Below the pieces are notes generated by a model. The model had not been told where the DNA came from. It made no database searches and saw only the letters and a program-made list of their open reading frames with translations. Both the position numbers and the translations under genes were made by a program. A DNA stretch of 64,000 nt from Eledone cirrhosa. Its lineage: Eukaryota. Location of the stretch: contig OZ024746.1 of NCBI GenBank assembly GCA_964016885.1, forward strand, positions 93,558,001-93,622,000. The letters are read 5' to 3'. How positions within the stretch are numbered: position 1 is the first letter of the stretch; every line of letters starts with the position of its first letter. This document shows positions 1 through 15,433 of this stretch, in pieces.

Positions 1-1218
1 TGCATACCTTTTGATGTCTATAGATATAAACGTGCCGACACACAAACACACATATACGCACACATGCATTGCACACTGATGGGCACACACATATTTGTAC
101 ACAAGTATTCCCATACGGCAGGGCCTAATTGATTCCCCTTGCAGTACGTACAATCTGGACACTCACACACACCTTGGTGTTATGACAATACTATATATCA
201 TTTCACCCCTTTTATTATTAATGTTTTTGATGTTCTTTTGAGAGAATCGTATTTGCAAATTACTGACAATATCGAATAATGTACACCATTTTTACCAGTA
301 TCACAAAAATACTGGGCCATCCACACACACATACACTAACATACAAACAGACATACACACACACACACTTCTCCGTATAAGACAAGAGCTGATATCTTTC
401 AACATGTTAAAATATCCCCCACTCACGTATACACACATTCCTACTGACAGAATTTATTTCCTCTACCACAACCACTCTGCTACACACACACACACACACA
501 CATTTGTCTCAATAGACACCTGAACTGTTGACCTTTCAACATGACTGCAATTCACACACACATCCCTACTGACCATTATCACATCAATGAACCTCTTCAC
601 TACACACACACACACACACACACACATCCCTACTGACCATTATCACATCAATGAACCTCTTCACTACACACACACACACACACACACATATTTGTCTTAA
701 TAAACTTATATTTCAGTGACTTCTCAATCAGGCGAAAGGGGACACTCTTCGACAAACCTACATTTGGCGCAAAATCAATTTTTAACATTCACGTGACCTC
801 TACCGACCAATCAAAATTGTTTTGACTACAAGAATTGACGCGAATGTTATAGTACTCATTCACGTGACATTCAACAACCAACCAAATCTTAATACCTCTG
901 GAGCCACTTTTTTCACATAAAACAGGAAGAATTTCCAAAACTGATCAGATTAGAGCAAACATCAAGGGCGCTCTATCTCAGAATTATTTTTGAAAAGCAT
1001 TAGAAATGCGCAACCGGTAAAAACTTAAAACTAAAACTGAATACTAACCAATACTTATTCCTAATTAAACTATTTTTCACTGGGAAAAATTTGTCAGCAT
1101 TTTCTTTTCCTTTTACTAATATATCACAACTCGTGTATTACACCTCTATTTTTTAAAATATATGTATGTATATGTGTATATATATAGATATGTATACGTG
1201 TATGTATATATATATGTA

Positions 1219-1259
<41 letters not shown>

Positions 1260-1313
1260 ATGTATATATATATGTATGTATATGTATATATATATGTATG
1301 TATATGTATATAT

Positions 1314-1345
<32 letters not shown>

Positions 1346-1526
1346 GTATACATATATATATATATATGTATATATATATGTATATATATATATATATATG
1401 TGTATATATATATATGTATATGTGTATATAAATATATATATATGTGTGTATGTATATGTGTATATAAATATATATATATGTGTGTATGTATATGTCAGGT
1501 GTATGTATATGTATATGTATGTGTCA

Positions 1527-2130
1527 GGTCACCAGTTGGTGCTACTGGTAACATATATCCCAGTACAACCTGTCTCATGGTCGGGTCGTTGGCGACTAAA
1601 CTGGCAACCCCACCAAGGTTTCTTGGTGAGGAGGGTGACTTTGGACATCCTGCAGGACTAAAAACAAAACCTGTCAAAGGGCAAAGGAGCTCTTAAGAGT
1701 CAATGGCCATCCAAAATCACAGGGAGAGATGACCCCTTAGCCTTTGTCAAGGCAGAATTCTAGGAGAAGGAAAACTCTGATATAACACCTGCAACCCTGA
1801 TGGTATCCAATGATGTTGAATTGTTCTTCTTTTTGGTAAATATCATCTTGGTTAAGAGAGTGGGACTGGCTTTGTGCAGTGCCTTTGCTCACTATAAAAG
1901 CTTCACAGCACAGGCATTGCTTTATATCTGGAGATCTCTCTGCACTTGTCGTCACATGGTACCATGGGCCCAGCACTATGTGTCAATAATTGTCACAGGT
2001 GTAGTGTTTGTACCAGAGTTTTCAAGTCGCTGGCTGGACTAAAAAGTCACACTCGTTCAGCGCATCGGTAGGGGTTGTCCTACATGGATATAAAGTAGTG
2101 GCCATACTCGAAAACGAGTTGGCAGCCACC
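1527..2130 (+). mobile_element. ~600-bp non-coding interspersed element in a TA/TG microsatellite
   Basis: Near-identical copy at 39356-39959; diverged copy at ~40793-41410; ends ggcagccacc. Confidence 0.8.
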
Positions 2131-2495
2131 ATATATATATATATGTATGTATATGTGTATATATATATGTATGTATATGTGTGTATATATATGTATATAT
2201 ATGTATGTATATGTGTATATATATATATATGTATATGTGTATATATATGTATATGTGTATATATATATGTATATGTGTATATATATATATGTATATGTGT
2301 ATATATATATGTATATGTGTATATATGTATGTATATGTGTATATGTATGTATATGTGTATATATATATATGTATGTATGTATATGTGTGTATATATATAT
2401 GTATGTATATGTGTATATATATATGTGTATATATATGTATGTATGTATATGTGTGTATATATATATGTATGTATATGTGTGTATATATATATGTA

Positions 2496-2526
<31 letters not shown>

Positions 2527-3278
2527 GTGTATATATATGTATGTATGTATATGTGTGTATATATATGTGTATGTATATGTGTGTATATATATGTGTATGT
2601 ATATGTGTATATATATATATATATGTATGTATATGTTTATATATATATATATGTATGTTTATATATATATATATATGTGTGTGCGTGTATGTGTTTTTAT
2701 TTTATATAACAATTTGTAAACAGCTGCTCTGTTGGTTATAGGTTTCTTATAAGCCAATCATTAGTTCACAGCCTATCCGGTGTCAAGAGACACAAAGGAG
2801 TGTCTTTAACTTGGTGCTGAACAAATATCGATAAGGACTTAATTCAAAGAGCTGTTATTGATTATTTATTACAGTGTCTGACAAATTCTTAGTAGTGTTT
2901 TTTCCATTTCTTTATGTTGTAAAATTCTAATCCCAATGAAGTCAACTTGACGTTTCTACCTTCTGAATTTGACAAAATAGATACTGGTCAAGTGCTGGGG
3001 TCGATGTAATCGAATTCATCCGAACACGAAAAAAAAAAAAAAAAAAATTCTGTCCTTTTTGCCAAAATTAGAAGCCATTATATTTCTTGCAATGAATGCC
3101 AAGGTCATGCCCAATGGATTTAGCAGACACTCTCCAAGACTAGAATTACCAACTCAGTTACTGATCCTCTTGAATAACTAGGTGACAGCTGCAGGAAAGA
3201 CATTGACAGAATCTTGCTAGGTTGAAGATTTGGGATTTGAATTCAGGACAAACTGAAGTTTACATCCAGTGAAGCCTT

Positions 3279-3770
3279 CAGCCCACACTGTAAAGTGGTT
3301 GTGTAGACGACACAACAAAAAGCACCCAGCCCACACTGTAAAGTGGTTGTGTAGACGACACAACAAAAGCACCCAGCCCACACTGTAAAGTGGTTGTGTA
3401 GACGACACAACAAAAAGCACCCAGCCCACACTGTAAAGTGGTTGTGTAGACGACACAACAAAAAGCACCCAGCCCACACTGTAAAGTGGTTGTGTAGACG
3501 ACACAACAAAAAGCACCCAGCCCACACTGTAAAGTGGTTGTGTAGACGACACAACAAAAAGCACCCAGCCCATACTGTAAAGTGGTTGTGTAGACGACAC
3601 AACAAAAAGCACCCAGCCCATACTGTAAAGTAGTTGTGTAGATGTCATGACAAAAAGCACCCAGCCTATACTGTAAAGTGGTTGTGTAGATGTCATGACA
3701 AAAAGCACCCAGCCTATACTGTAAAGTGGTTGTGTAGATGTCATGACAAAAAGCACACACTGTAAGTGTG
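3279..3770. repeat. 47-48-bp minisatellite expanded within a SINE
   Basis: ~10 units of cagcccacactgtaaagtggttgtgtagacgacacaacaaaaagcacc, followed by the SINE tail. Confidence 0.9.
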
Positions 3771-5422
3771 GTTGGCAATAGGAAGGGCATCGAACCATAG
3801 AAACCAAGCCAAAATTAACCCTGCGTGAGCAAAACCTGCTCCTCCGACCAGATCTCTCACAAAGGGACAGCCCGCCCTGCCCATGCTAGCATGGAAAATA
3901 GACATTAAATGATGATGGTGATGAATGCTGGGTACTGGAATAAATACTGCAAATTATTCTATTCAATGTTCTAATGACTTTGCTAATTCACTGAACACAT
4001 ACAAACACTCACACAATCATTTATTATTTTTAGTAGCAGAAAAACCACTCTTCGGGTGGTTTTCTGCTAGTCTGTGTAGTGTGTATAATATCAATATACA
4101 CACTACACAGGCTAGCAAATATATATGCATGTAAATAAAATCGTAATTGACAATATACACATAAATTGAACGAAGACTGTGTTACACTGTCTTATGTAAT
4201 CAGTAACGTAATCCATGATAGATTTAAAAAAAGACGATATTATATATAAACTGCATCAAGAGAAAATTAGCGATGGAAATATATGCGATTATAAGTGTTA
4301 TAATATAACGGCCATGTTGACATTTGACAATTTTAAAGAAGTGAATCTTTAACTAAGCTATAAAATATATTTAATCAACAACCACGAAATTTAGTAGATA
4401 AATTATGTAATATTCATTCATTATTTATTCAAATCCCGCCGAGGTTAACTTTGCCTTTCATCCTTACGGGGTCGATAAAATAAAGTACCAGTAATACACT
4501 GGGTAATTGCTGGCCTTGTGCCAAAAATAGAAACAATTATTTATTCAAAGTAATCCAACTTATTTTACAAACGGAGTAAAAAAAAATATTCTGGATGCAG
4601 TCGCGCACTCATTTCTTTATTATAGTTAGATTCCTGATTTTTCACATCCTTACACGCTGTGGTAAGAAACTCTCAGAAGAGCTGGACAGCAGAAGGTCTT
4701 AAGAGAAGAAACTCCCCACCTCAAGTGAGTGCTTCAGCCCTTAACTTCTTACACTCTAAAGGGACTGGTCTGCATCCAGGTCATGACTCCTGGGTACCCT
4801 TCTGCTGACATTTAGCCATTCGGAAATCGGGGACTTTTCTGTGTATTTAAACCGTATGGAGATTTTATTGACAGGATTTAGCTGGAATTCCTCTCCGATA
4901 TATATATAAGCCGAAGCTGAAGCATATAGATAATATGGCCCCACCTCCTCCCACTGCAAAGTGGTCGTAGAGGTTTCACCACAAAAAAACACCCAGTCCA
5001 CACTGTAAAGTGGACGCCATGGTAAAAAAGCACCCAGTACTCACTGTAAAGGAGGTTGGTGTTAGGAAGGGCATCCAGCTGTAGAAATCAAGCCAACATC
5101 AGTTCCCGTATGGGCAAGACAAGGTCACCCGACCTGGCATTGCCCACAACAGAACAACCTGTCTAACCCATGCTAGTATGGAAGAATGGAAATAAAACGG
5201 TGATGATGATGATGATATATATATATATCATCATCATTATCATCATCGTTTAATGTCTATCTTCCACGCTAGCATGGGTTAGACGGGAATTGTCCCACTT
5301 GAGGCAAGATTGGTCAGGTGACTGTCTCGCTCGTATAGGACTATCTGCCAGGTTTTCTACGGCTGGATGCCCTTCCTAACACCAACCACATTTAAAGTGA
5401 AATGAAACCACCAAATTTAAAC

Positions 5423-5484
<62 letters not shown>

Positions 5485-6866
5485 CAGGGAAAACAGGCAT
5501 TAATTGATGGTAATGGTGATATATAAATAAGGTTTAAAAGTAGTTTAACCCTTTACCAATTAAACCAGCTGTATCTGGCCAGAATTCTCTCACCTCTTTC
5601 TGTTCAAACCAGCTATAACCAGCCACTCATACTTATGTTAAGGTATAGTTCTCAAAATAAATAATATCAAGATCTTATAGATTCGCTATTATGCGAGATA
5701 ATTATGTGAAGTAAAGCCTTTACTGTGAGAATATATTAGTAAATATAGAGTAATGTAAACGTTAGACACACACACATAGACACATACCCACATATACACA
5801 CACATAGACACATATACACACACACATATATACACACACACACTAGCACACACACATGCACACACATAGACACACACACACACATAGACACGCACACACA
5901 GATACACACACACACATACACACATACATACATGTACACACATGCGAAATAGGTCAATGTTGGCAGCAGTTAAGGCTGGTGCTTGTATTGGTCGATGAGG
6001 TTGTGGTATGGCTTTGATTGGCTAAGAACATTTTACACCTTGTAGAAACTTCTTGAAAGCCACTCCACAAGTGACTGCCTGTCCAGTGGTATTATCAGGT
6101 CAAACAAAGTATGAGGATCGATATGGACTTTATCTTTATATGTCCAGATTAAGCAGCCATTGTTTGTTTTCATTGTCTTCCTAGCAATTGTTGTTGTTTG
6201 TTGAAATCTGGATTGGCATATTGATTTTTATTTCCCCCATTGATTGGTTATTTTCATTCTTCTTCTTCTTCTTCTTCTTTTTCTTCTTCTTCTTCTTCTT
6301 CTTCTTCTTCTTCTTCTTCTTCTTCTCATTAGGTTTAACCCCCCCCCCTCCCACACACACACACATACACAAATTCTATGTTTTTGTCCTGTGCCACCAT
6401 AATGTTTTTCTTGATGTAAATCCTTTTTGCCTAAATCAGAAATCATCATTATTTGCCTTTCATCCTTACGGGGTCGATAAAATAAAGTACCAGTAATGCA
6501 CTGGGATAATTGCTGACCTTGTGCCAAAAGTAGAAACAATTATTATTTACTCTGTCCATGCACCTACAGGCCAGCTAATTTGAGGAGGAGAGGGGTGCTC
6601 TCCCCGGGTGCCCTAGAAGCGCAGGGTGGTTTAGGATGGGTGGGGTACCTGAGTCACCCCAGGGTCGTCCACCCCCTATCGGGGAATTTATTTTGTCATA
6701 TTTATACATAGTTTATTCTATATTTTTATATCTTCACTGTTAAATTAGTTTTGCCATTGTGCACTTTTACTCGACCTTATTGTAACCCCCCCCCCCACTG
6801 TCCTTGTCTTTGTATTGTCCCCTACATGTCAGCCCTTGTGGCCAATAAATGAAACCATTATTATTA

Positions 6867-6928
<62 letters not shown>

Positions 6929-7134
6929 GGCGACCTACGTAGGAAATCGTATTATCCTGAGCTTCGCAAAGGTTTGTTGTTTTCAGTTGTTTCAAATTGG
7001 AAAATTTTTGTTGTTAAGTGTTTATAAGTTCACATATATTGCTTTCTGAAAAGGAAACTCAAAAAGATTGGGGCCTTGAGCCCAAAATTTAAACTTCTAT
7101 AATTATCAAACAAAAACTTTCTTTGAAAAAAAAC

Positions 7135-8790
7135 ATGGACGACTCACAGCCACACGAAGCTGACAGCCTTCCTCACAAACTATCACCTCACACCAACACC
7201 ACCATTGTAAATATTACTACGTTTGCCAACACTAAAAATATAGCAGTAGATATAATTTAAATTTGTCTCATGCAGACATTCATTTCCCGCCATTACAAAT
7301 AACTGCAGCTGTTAAAGCCGCCACCCCCACCACCACAGCGACAACAGAAACAAAAAAAAAATTATTATCCCGTGACATCGAAATGGATTCACCCAGAAAT
7401 GACTCATCCACACCGAACACCACTGACGCCACCAACACCACAACTGAAACTAAAAATAACAATAACAAAAATAACAATAACAACAACAGCAATAACAACA
7501 ATGAGAATAACACCAAAAACATCAACACCAGCGCAAATGTGTCGTTTGCCAAAGCAGCCAAGAAAAGCGAAATAATCCAGGTAAGCCAGGATGAATTAAA
7601 TGAAGCCAAGAGAATGGTAAAAAAAGATGGGTAAAGGGTCAGCTCCCCCCTCACATACACACACACCCCACCTAATAAAATGGAGCATCGGCGCCTATGC
7701 ACCGTGTCTTATCGGACGATAAACACAAAATCACGCCGAGTGGAACGGGCATCCGAGTCCCAAATACAAAAAGCTTTGGGACATGTGTAGGCAAAAAAAC
7801 CCCACATCAGACGTGGGCAGAAATATGGAACCGTGGATGTGTTCTTTGGAACACCACAGGAAGCCAGAGAGCACTCCATGGCCCCATTAAGAAGGAACCC
7901 ACCTAAAGGCTTTCTGCCCTCAGGCTAAAAAGTTGAGGCCACCTCTCTTACCCACCCCAGTGATCAACCATCAACACCACCAGCTGCAGAAATGGCAGCA
8001 ACAACTGTAGCAACAACAACAGAAACAACTGTAGCAGCAACAACCCCAGCAAATGTAGTAAAACCAACACCACCACCACCCACCGCACCAGAACTAGCAC
8101 CACGCCTCCACCATCCACCACGCCAAAACCAACGCCTGTGGAGGATTTTCCACTCCCCGACCTATCGCAACTGGAGACAGATTGTGACGACGAGGAGTGA
8201 GAAACTGTATCAGGAAAAAAGAAAGAAAGAAAAAGAACCCAAAAAAGAAAAAATCCGCTTCCTTCCCCCTCCAAAAACAAAATACAGGGGGAAACAAATA
8301 AACTAACAAACAAAATATTAGGACAGCTATGCCACCATCCACACCAGCATCACCAGCCCCATCACCACAAACACCAACACCATCACCATCATTAACCCCA
8401 CAACCACCATCACCAACACCACAAAAGTGACCAAAAAGCGAAACAGAAACAAACCCACAACAAAAGCAAACAAAACAAAACAACCAAAACGATACACACT
8501 ACACAGCATTAAATTTGAACAACAACCAATTATTACACTACGTCCAACACAACACCAGCATCACAGAAAAAGACTACACAACACGCCCAAAATTCACACC
8601 ACCTCCACACATACAAATCACTCGCATCACACAGAAAACGTACACGACACTAAAACAAAAATACCCCAAAGACATCGGAGACTTCCGACAAGCACTCTCC
8701 AGGGGGATTTATAAGGACATCCTTCCGGAGGAGGCCACAAGCAGTGAAAAGGATGGAGAAACCGTCCTTCCTCTACGAGAAGTAAGGTAA
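7135..8790 (+). mobile_element. Possible decayed LINE ORF1-like region
   Basis: A/C-rich, broken T/N/K/P-rich frames (SFAKAAKK) directly upstream of the endonuclease. Confidence 0.3.
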
Positions 8791-8824
8791 GTGGTCTTTC
8801 CCATCTTTTCCACTCCATTTCAAC

Positions 8825-9490
8825 ATGACCTCACTCAGAATAGGCAGCATAAATGCGCGTGGCTTGGGGTCGTCATGGAAGCAGAGGCACCTGCTCAACG
8901 ACCTCAGGTCACTAAACATAGATGTAGTGATCATCAGCGAGACCAGATTCTCCGAAGCACGAGCCTTCGCACCGATCTTCGGCGGCTATGATGTGTACGC
9001 ATCTCCCAGCCGTCCTGGATCGGGGGGAGGAGTTGCTGTGCTTTTTCGGAGAGGTTTGGATCTCGCCATACGGACCATCTTCCTGGACCCAGAAGGTAAG
9101 TTGGTGGTGCTGGACGTGACCAGCGGAGACGGGCAAGCTTTCAGACTAGTGGCCGTCTATGCCCCAACAGGAGCAGGGCGGCCTGATTTCTTCCGGCATC
9201 TGGAGACCTTTCTTGGAACGTCCCGCTCTTTAGTGTTAGTGGGCGACTGGAACGAGATCTTAGATGCACGCTGGGACTGTGTGGGATTAGCGGATAGGGG
9301 AGGAGGGTGCAAGAGCCTCCCCAACCTACTCAGGCGTTTTGAACTGTCTGACAGGTACCGATTGGATTTCCCGAATGTGCCAATGTGGACTTGGACAAAC
9401 CGCATCGGGTCATCCAGATCATATCTCGATAGAGTATTTTGTATGGAAATAGATAGGTCTAGCATAGGCTGTCCACAATTCAAGATATAT
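8825..9490 (+). pseudogene. Tx1/L1-like LINE ORF2 apurinic-type endonuclease (truncated)
   Basis: SINARGL, ISETR, GGGVAVL, VYAP, GDWNEIL, WTW...SYLDR motifs; ORF runs into a SINE. Confidence 0.85.
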
Positions 9491-12400
9491 AATATAATTA
9501 TTATTCTTTTTAAAATGAGTTCAAATCCCACCAAGGTTAGCTTTGCTTTTCATCCATATGGCGTTGATAAAATAAGGTACCAGTGAGATACTGGGGTTAA
9601 GTCAATCAACTTTCACCATAACCAAAATATGTTAGCCATGTGCCTGAATCAGGAAATATTATTATTGCGGTGGCTTTAGAATAAATATTGAGAATAAATA
9701 TTGTCGTAAATAATCTGTGATATGCCTGGCTGGACTGAGGAAGTGATCATGGAAAACTAACCAGATATAATAATGAAGGACTGAAATGTAAAAAGCTGCA
9801 CATTCATAAGCATTTCAGTGCCTTCTGGCCAAAACATTGCTTGAAAAGTGGTGGAAAAACTGTCAAAATTCAAGGATCTTAAAATTGAAATTAGCAGAAG
9901 TGGAGTATGAAAATAAAACCTATCATCATCATCATTTTACGTCTGCTTTTCCCTGCTTGCAAGGGTGGGACGGGAACTGATTCTGGCTTGATTTCTACAG
10001 CTGGATGTCCTTCCTAACACCAACCTCATTTACAGTGAGTGCTGGGTGCTTTTTGCCTGGCGCCTACACATCCACCTTACAGTGTGTGCTAGATGCTTTT
10101 TTGCCGTGGCACCTCCACTATCACTTTGCAGTGGAATGATAGGGACCCGAGTCCCTATCATCTCATTTCTACAGCTGAGTAAACTGGAGCAATGTGAAAT
10201 AAAGTGTCTTGCTCAAGGAAACAACACATCACCCAGTCCGAGAATTGAGCAGGTGATGTGTTGTTTCTTATCTAATAGTAATTGAAGTACTAGATATTAA
10301 AAAAATATGAACAAAAGCCTAAGAACCAGGTCAGGGCTCACATGTTATACAATTAAAAAGAATATCTCTTCTAAGTATAGCTTACACCTTATTCAATACA
10401 GTAGCACAACTCAGACAGGATGCAAGGGTTGCTGAAAGGTTCCTGACTCTGGGTAAATAAATACAGGAGGATCAGTTAAAAGAAAATATAGGAAGATCAG
10501 TTAATTATGATTTTATTCAACATATTCCCCTCTCAGATTCACACACTTATTGCAACAGTCCTACCTCACCTATAAAGGTAACAGCTCTACTCTTTTGCAA
10601 TACCCTTAAAGCCAGGAACTTTTCAGCACCCCCTTGTACATACATTTCATTACTGAGATAGTAACCAAACAAATCATGGAATATGTCACAGATATGTGTG
10701 ACAAAGGAAAATTGAGAAATTATATTTATATGTTTAATTGTTGGTCAATCAATGATAAACATTGATTGCCAGCTAAATTATTTATAAAGATATAAAAATA
10801 TACTGAAACAAAAGACAAACGAAACAGTGAGTGTGTTTTACTATTTTTGGCAATATTAGGATGACATGACCCTCCCCAAATATAGCAATAACTTAAATGC
10901 TTCGTATATAAAATTATGTTGGTAGATTTTAATTTAGATAGGAACCTTTTGAAATTGATAGTTTTATTTCATAGAACTAAGTTTGGTTTTGGGCGGGTTG
11001 GTATCAAAGGAGTTAAGAAGTGACTAATTATTAGCAAATATAACTACACACACCCACACACCCACAGAGAGAGAGAAAGAGAGAGAGTCCCTGTTGTATA
11101 AAGTGACTAGATGGTCATGATTGAAACACCATTGTTCATAGGTCTTCTTCTCTATTGAAGTTGAACTAGGAATAAACAACAAAACAACAATAACTGGTCA
11201 GTCAATCAGTCAGTCATTTAGTGGTGGTGATGGTGGTTAGGTGACTGGGAACCCAACCTGCTCCACCCTGTTTACCTGGTGAGTAATAATGGCTCTTCAG
11301 ATTTCTCGTACCTCCTCCCTCTCTCTATATATAGCTCTATCTTACACCTTACACTCTTATTCTCTCTTCTCTGTTCCACTCTTTTAACTGAAACATGTAG
11401 TAATAGTGAGTTTGTGCAAAGTCAAGTTTTCTCACGGGAATTCACTGAAGTGCAAACAATTGACAATTGGCTTTTGTTTTCAGCTTAAGCAGGTACATGA
11501 GTGTGTGTGAGTGTATCTGTGTATGTGTATCTGTGTCTGTGGGTGTGACTGTGTGTGTATGAGTGTATCTGTGTATGTGTGTCTGTGGGTGTGACTGTGT
11601 GTGTATGAATGTGTCTGTGTATGTTTGTGTAGGGACTTTAAGATTTGTGATTGTGTACATATCATTATATTAATATTAAATATATTACATTATATTAATA
11701 TTATATATATTATATATATCATCATCATCATCGTCGTTTTAACGTCCCTCCACTATATATATATTAATATAAATATGATGATATATTTACTTGCATGTAA
11801 TGTGTGTGAAGGTGCATGGTTTAGTGGTTAGAGCGTTGGGCTTGCAATTGGGAGGTTGTGAGATCAATTCTTGGACGAGTGATGCATTGTGTCCTTGAGC
11901 AAGACATTTTATTTCATAATGCTCCAGTTTACTCAGCTGTAGAAATTAGTTACAGCATCACTGGTGACAAGCTGTATTGGCCATTGCCTTTCCCTTGGAC
12001 AACATCGGTGACATGGAGAGGGGAGACTGGTCATTCAACAAACAAACCATGCCCAGGCTTGTGCCTTGGAGGAAAACTTTCTAGGTGCATACAAACACAC
12101 ATACGATGGGCTTCTATGCAGTTTCTGTCTACCAAATTTACTCACAAGGCATTGGTCAGCTTAGTTCAAGTAGACTTATTCTGAAAGGCATTCTAGCATG
12201 TTGCCATCTGATCATTTTTCTCAGGTAGTTTGTAACGAAAGCCATATTGTCTATTGCACCTTTTCCTTTTAATTGAGTAGGGAAGTTTTTCCCCAAAGTA
12301 CATTCCAAGGAACCCTAATGTTCCACAAAACATTCTAGAGTACAACAAGATAAGGCAAAGGTTCAGGGGGTGTTGAGAAGGTCCAGGGGAGTGCTGGGAC

Positions 12401-13639
12401 TTAAGGGGTGGTGGGGGAGGGGTCGGTAGAGATGATATAATAGTATATTAAATATCAAATGATACATATTATATATAAATATAGAAAAATAAAAAATATA
12501 TAATATATATTTATACATAGTATATATTATATTATTTACTATATATAAATTAATGATTTTATCTATTATATATTATTTACAATTTTTGTGTAGGCAGGAC
12601 TCTCTGGAAATAGGGTTATGGGGAGCTGAGGTATGACATAACTGTGAGGGGGGCAGTGGTTCAAAAGGTTTGGAAACCTTTGAGATAAGGGATCATTTAA
12701 TAAAACATTAAAAATTTATGAACATCTGGTTGACTTGAGAAACAATTTGACCCTGTACAGCCGAGCTCCTCTGCAAGATCGGAATGCTGGCAGCCCATCT
12801 GAGGAGGGAGCCCCGCGAGGTTGGGTGGCTATGGCAGCGGGTGTCACTGATCATCATCCGCAGGAATGCTTTTGCGGTCTTGTCTGCGGGGTGCAGCAGT
12901 TCTTCCCCCATGCCCTAGGCCCAGGGCCCAATCACCCTCCCCCATCACCTCTCCCCTCTCTTCTGTGACTCCAGAGCTCTTGCCATCCCCTCCCTTTCCC
13001 ATTTTTCTCTCTTTTCCCTATATTTCCCTATTCATTTGTTTACTTGTATTGTATATAAGTGACAATGTGTCAAATATCTTATTTTTAAAAATTAAAATAC
13101 AATTATTTTAAACTTTATTCAGACAAGAAATAGAAAATATTTCGACAAATACACGAAGAAATGTATATATCAGTTGAAGATTTTATACTGATGAATATTG
13201 ATTTATATTTCTTAAATGTCCCATATGTTGGTTAACTATGAATATTTTGGAAAAAATGAAAGCAAAAACAAAAGAAACTATTTGTAATTTGAGCAGTAGT
13301 CATCCCAATATATATATATGTAAAATGTTTTTGAGAGATAATTAATTTATATTAAAAAAAGACAAATTTTATATTATAAATGTAGTCTTCCCAATGTAAA
13401 TGACTATAATAGTAATTACAATAAATAATTGTTGAGAAAATTAGGTAAGATACCTCCAAAACCAGAGAAGTGCCACTCTCCACTCCAGGGGTACTTTACC
13501 CAATTTTCTCATCTATTATTTATAGTGATCAAATGTTACAGTGATCAACTGAAATGGGGTTCCTCCAAAGGGTCTTTGGAGTAACATTACTCGATAGATT
13601 ATATAGCTTAGAGATCAGAGAGTCAGTAATATACCAGCT

Positions 13640-14170
13640 TCAGTATTCAGTTATCAGAAGAAGGGAGGTAGGTGTAAAAGCCAAACTCACTATCTTCAAT
13701 TCGGTATTTGTGCCACCAACCTTTACCTAGGGTCATGAATCTTGCGTAATGACCGAAAGAATATGATCGCGAATACAAGTGGGCAAAATAGGGTTCCTTC
13801 AAAGGGTCTTTGGAGTAACGTTACTTGATAGTGTGCGTAGCTCGGAGATCAGAGAGTCACTCCAGGTAGAGCCGCTACTTCTCCGAATTGAGAAATTACA
13901 GCTCTGATGCTATGGACATGTGGTTTAGAATGTCACAGGAAATGATCGTTGGACAGCTTTTACAGGTAAAACTAACCGGCAAGGGGCCCAGGAGCAGACC
14001 CCTAGCAAGATGGCTGGATAACATCTATGACCCCTAACAAGATGGTTGGATAACATCCATGAGCTCAGCTGGTCTCGCTTGGGGATCCAGCTGGGTGAGC
14101 TGGAAGGAATGTTTGAAAACTCTGTCCTCCATGACCCTCTCAGGAATAAGTGGGTGAAGAAGAAGAAGAA
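13640..14170 (+). mobile_element. RTE-clade LINE 3' fragment
   Basis: KAKLTIFNSVFVP..GHESCVMTERI.SRIQ..GFL-like decayed frame; (GAA)n tail. Confidence 0.7.
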
Positions 14171-14956
14171 TTGTTACAATCATTTATATTGAGACAACTA
14201 TATTAATAATTTAATATTTGTCTGTCTTTATATAAATAAATAATCTTTCAAAATCATTTTTTTTGTTTCATTTAATATCTTAATATTAGGATAATTTAAT
14301 TGTTTCTACTTTTTGGCACAAGGCCAGCAATTACCCCAGTGTATTACTGGTACTTTATTTTATCGACCCTGTAAGGATGAAAGGCAAAGTTAACCTCGGC
14401 GGGATTTGAACTCAGTCTGTAAAGGGACGTAACTGTGCTGCAAAGCATGGCGTCCGAGCCTCTGCCTATACTGCCAATCCACCACCCTTAATATTAAGAT
14501 AATTTAATATCTTAATATTAGGATAATGATAGTTACGTGTTTAGCAATTTTTTTTTTTTCCTTGAAAATTATATAAGAATTCTTTAACAAAATGAATTTA
14601 GGAACCATCAGAGTATTATTTGAAGGGTGTTTAACTCTTAATTCTAACGTGTCATTCAACCACATTGACATTAATCTTGGCTTGTTGCTATATTGTTAGT
14701 TGATGCAGGTTGTAAAGGAGATAGTTTTGTTGTTAGTAAATCAGAGAAACGGAAATTCTTCAAAGATGGGTTTTACAAGATATATACAAGCCGGATGGCT
14801 GAAACAAGTAAAAGAGTAAAAGAGTAAGCTACTTTATATTGTCACTTTCTATCTATTTGTCTGTTTTATCTATCCATCTAAATCAGTCGATGTATACTTT
14901 AGAAAATACTATATGTTCTGAAGAGTTTAAGTGAGTTACAAAAGAGAGAGATGCAC

Positions 14957-14999
14957 AATCTTGACAAAGGGCAATAACCCAGAAGCAATATTGTCGGAT
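14957..14999 (+). ncRNA. Possible decayed U3-A8 hammerhead motif
   Basis: aatc-TTGACAA-a-ggg(caataa)ccc-a-GAAG-caatattg-TC-ggat. Confidence 0.35.
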
Positions 15000-15433
15000 G
15001 TTTCTCTCTGTCACCGCTAGAACAAAAGGATGGTGAAGGACATCTAAAAACCATGGTGTAATGAGGCTGTTTGCTTGCAAACGAATCAGATATTATTCAA
15101 TATAAAACTCACAAAGACATTTACGTATCCGCTATGTTAGAGCAAAAAACCAAATTCTAATTTTGTTTTTATCTATTTGTCTGCTTTATCTATCTATGTT
15201 TGAAGGCACGTAGCTTTGTGGTTAGGGTATTCGGTCCACAATTGTAAACTCAGGAGTTTGAAACCTGACAGTGTACTGTGTCCTTGAGCAAGACATTTTA
15301 TTTCACATTGCTCCAGTCCGCTCAGCTTGCAAAATCAGGTTGTACCTGTAATTGAAATGGCTAGCCTTGTCACATTCTGTTTCATGCTGAATCTCCCTGA
15401 GAACTTCGTTAAGGCTACATGTGTCTGTGGACA

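Noticed and set aside
1153-2741. Long Y/I/M/C/V-rich ORFs here and throughout the window
   Set aside because: Translations of (TA)n/(TG)n microsatellites
3279-3770. CRISPR-like regular repeats (also 20694-21310)
   Set aside because: Head-to-tail units without unique spacers, inside a SINE or MITE; eukaryotic context with no cas genes
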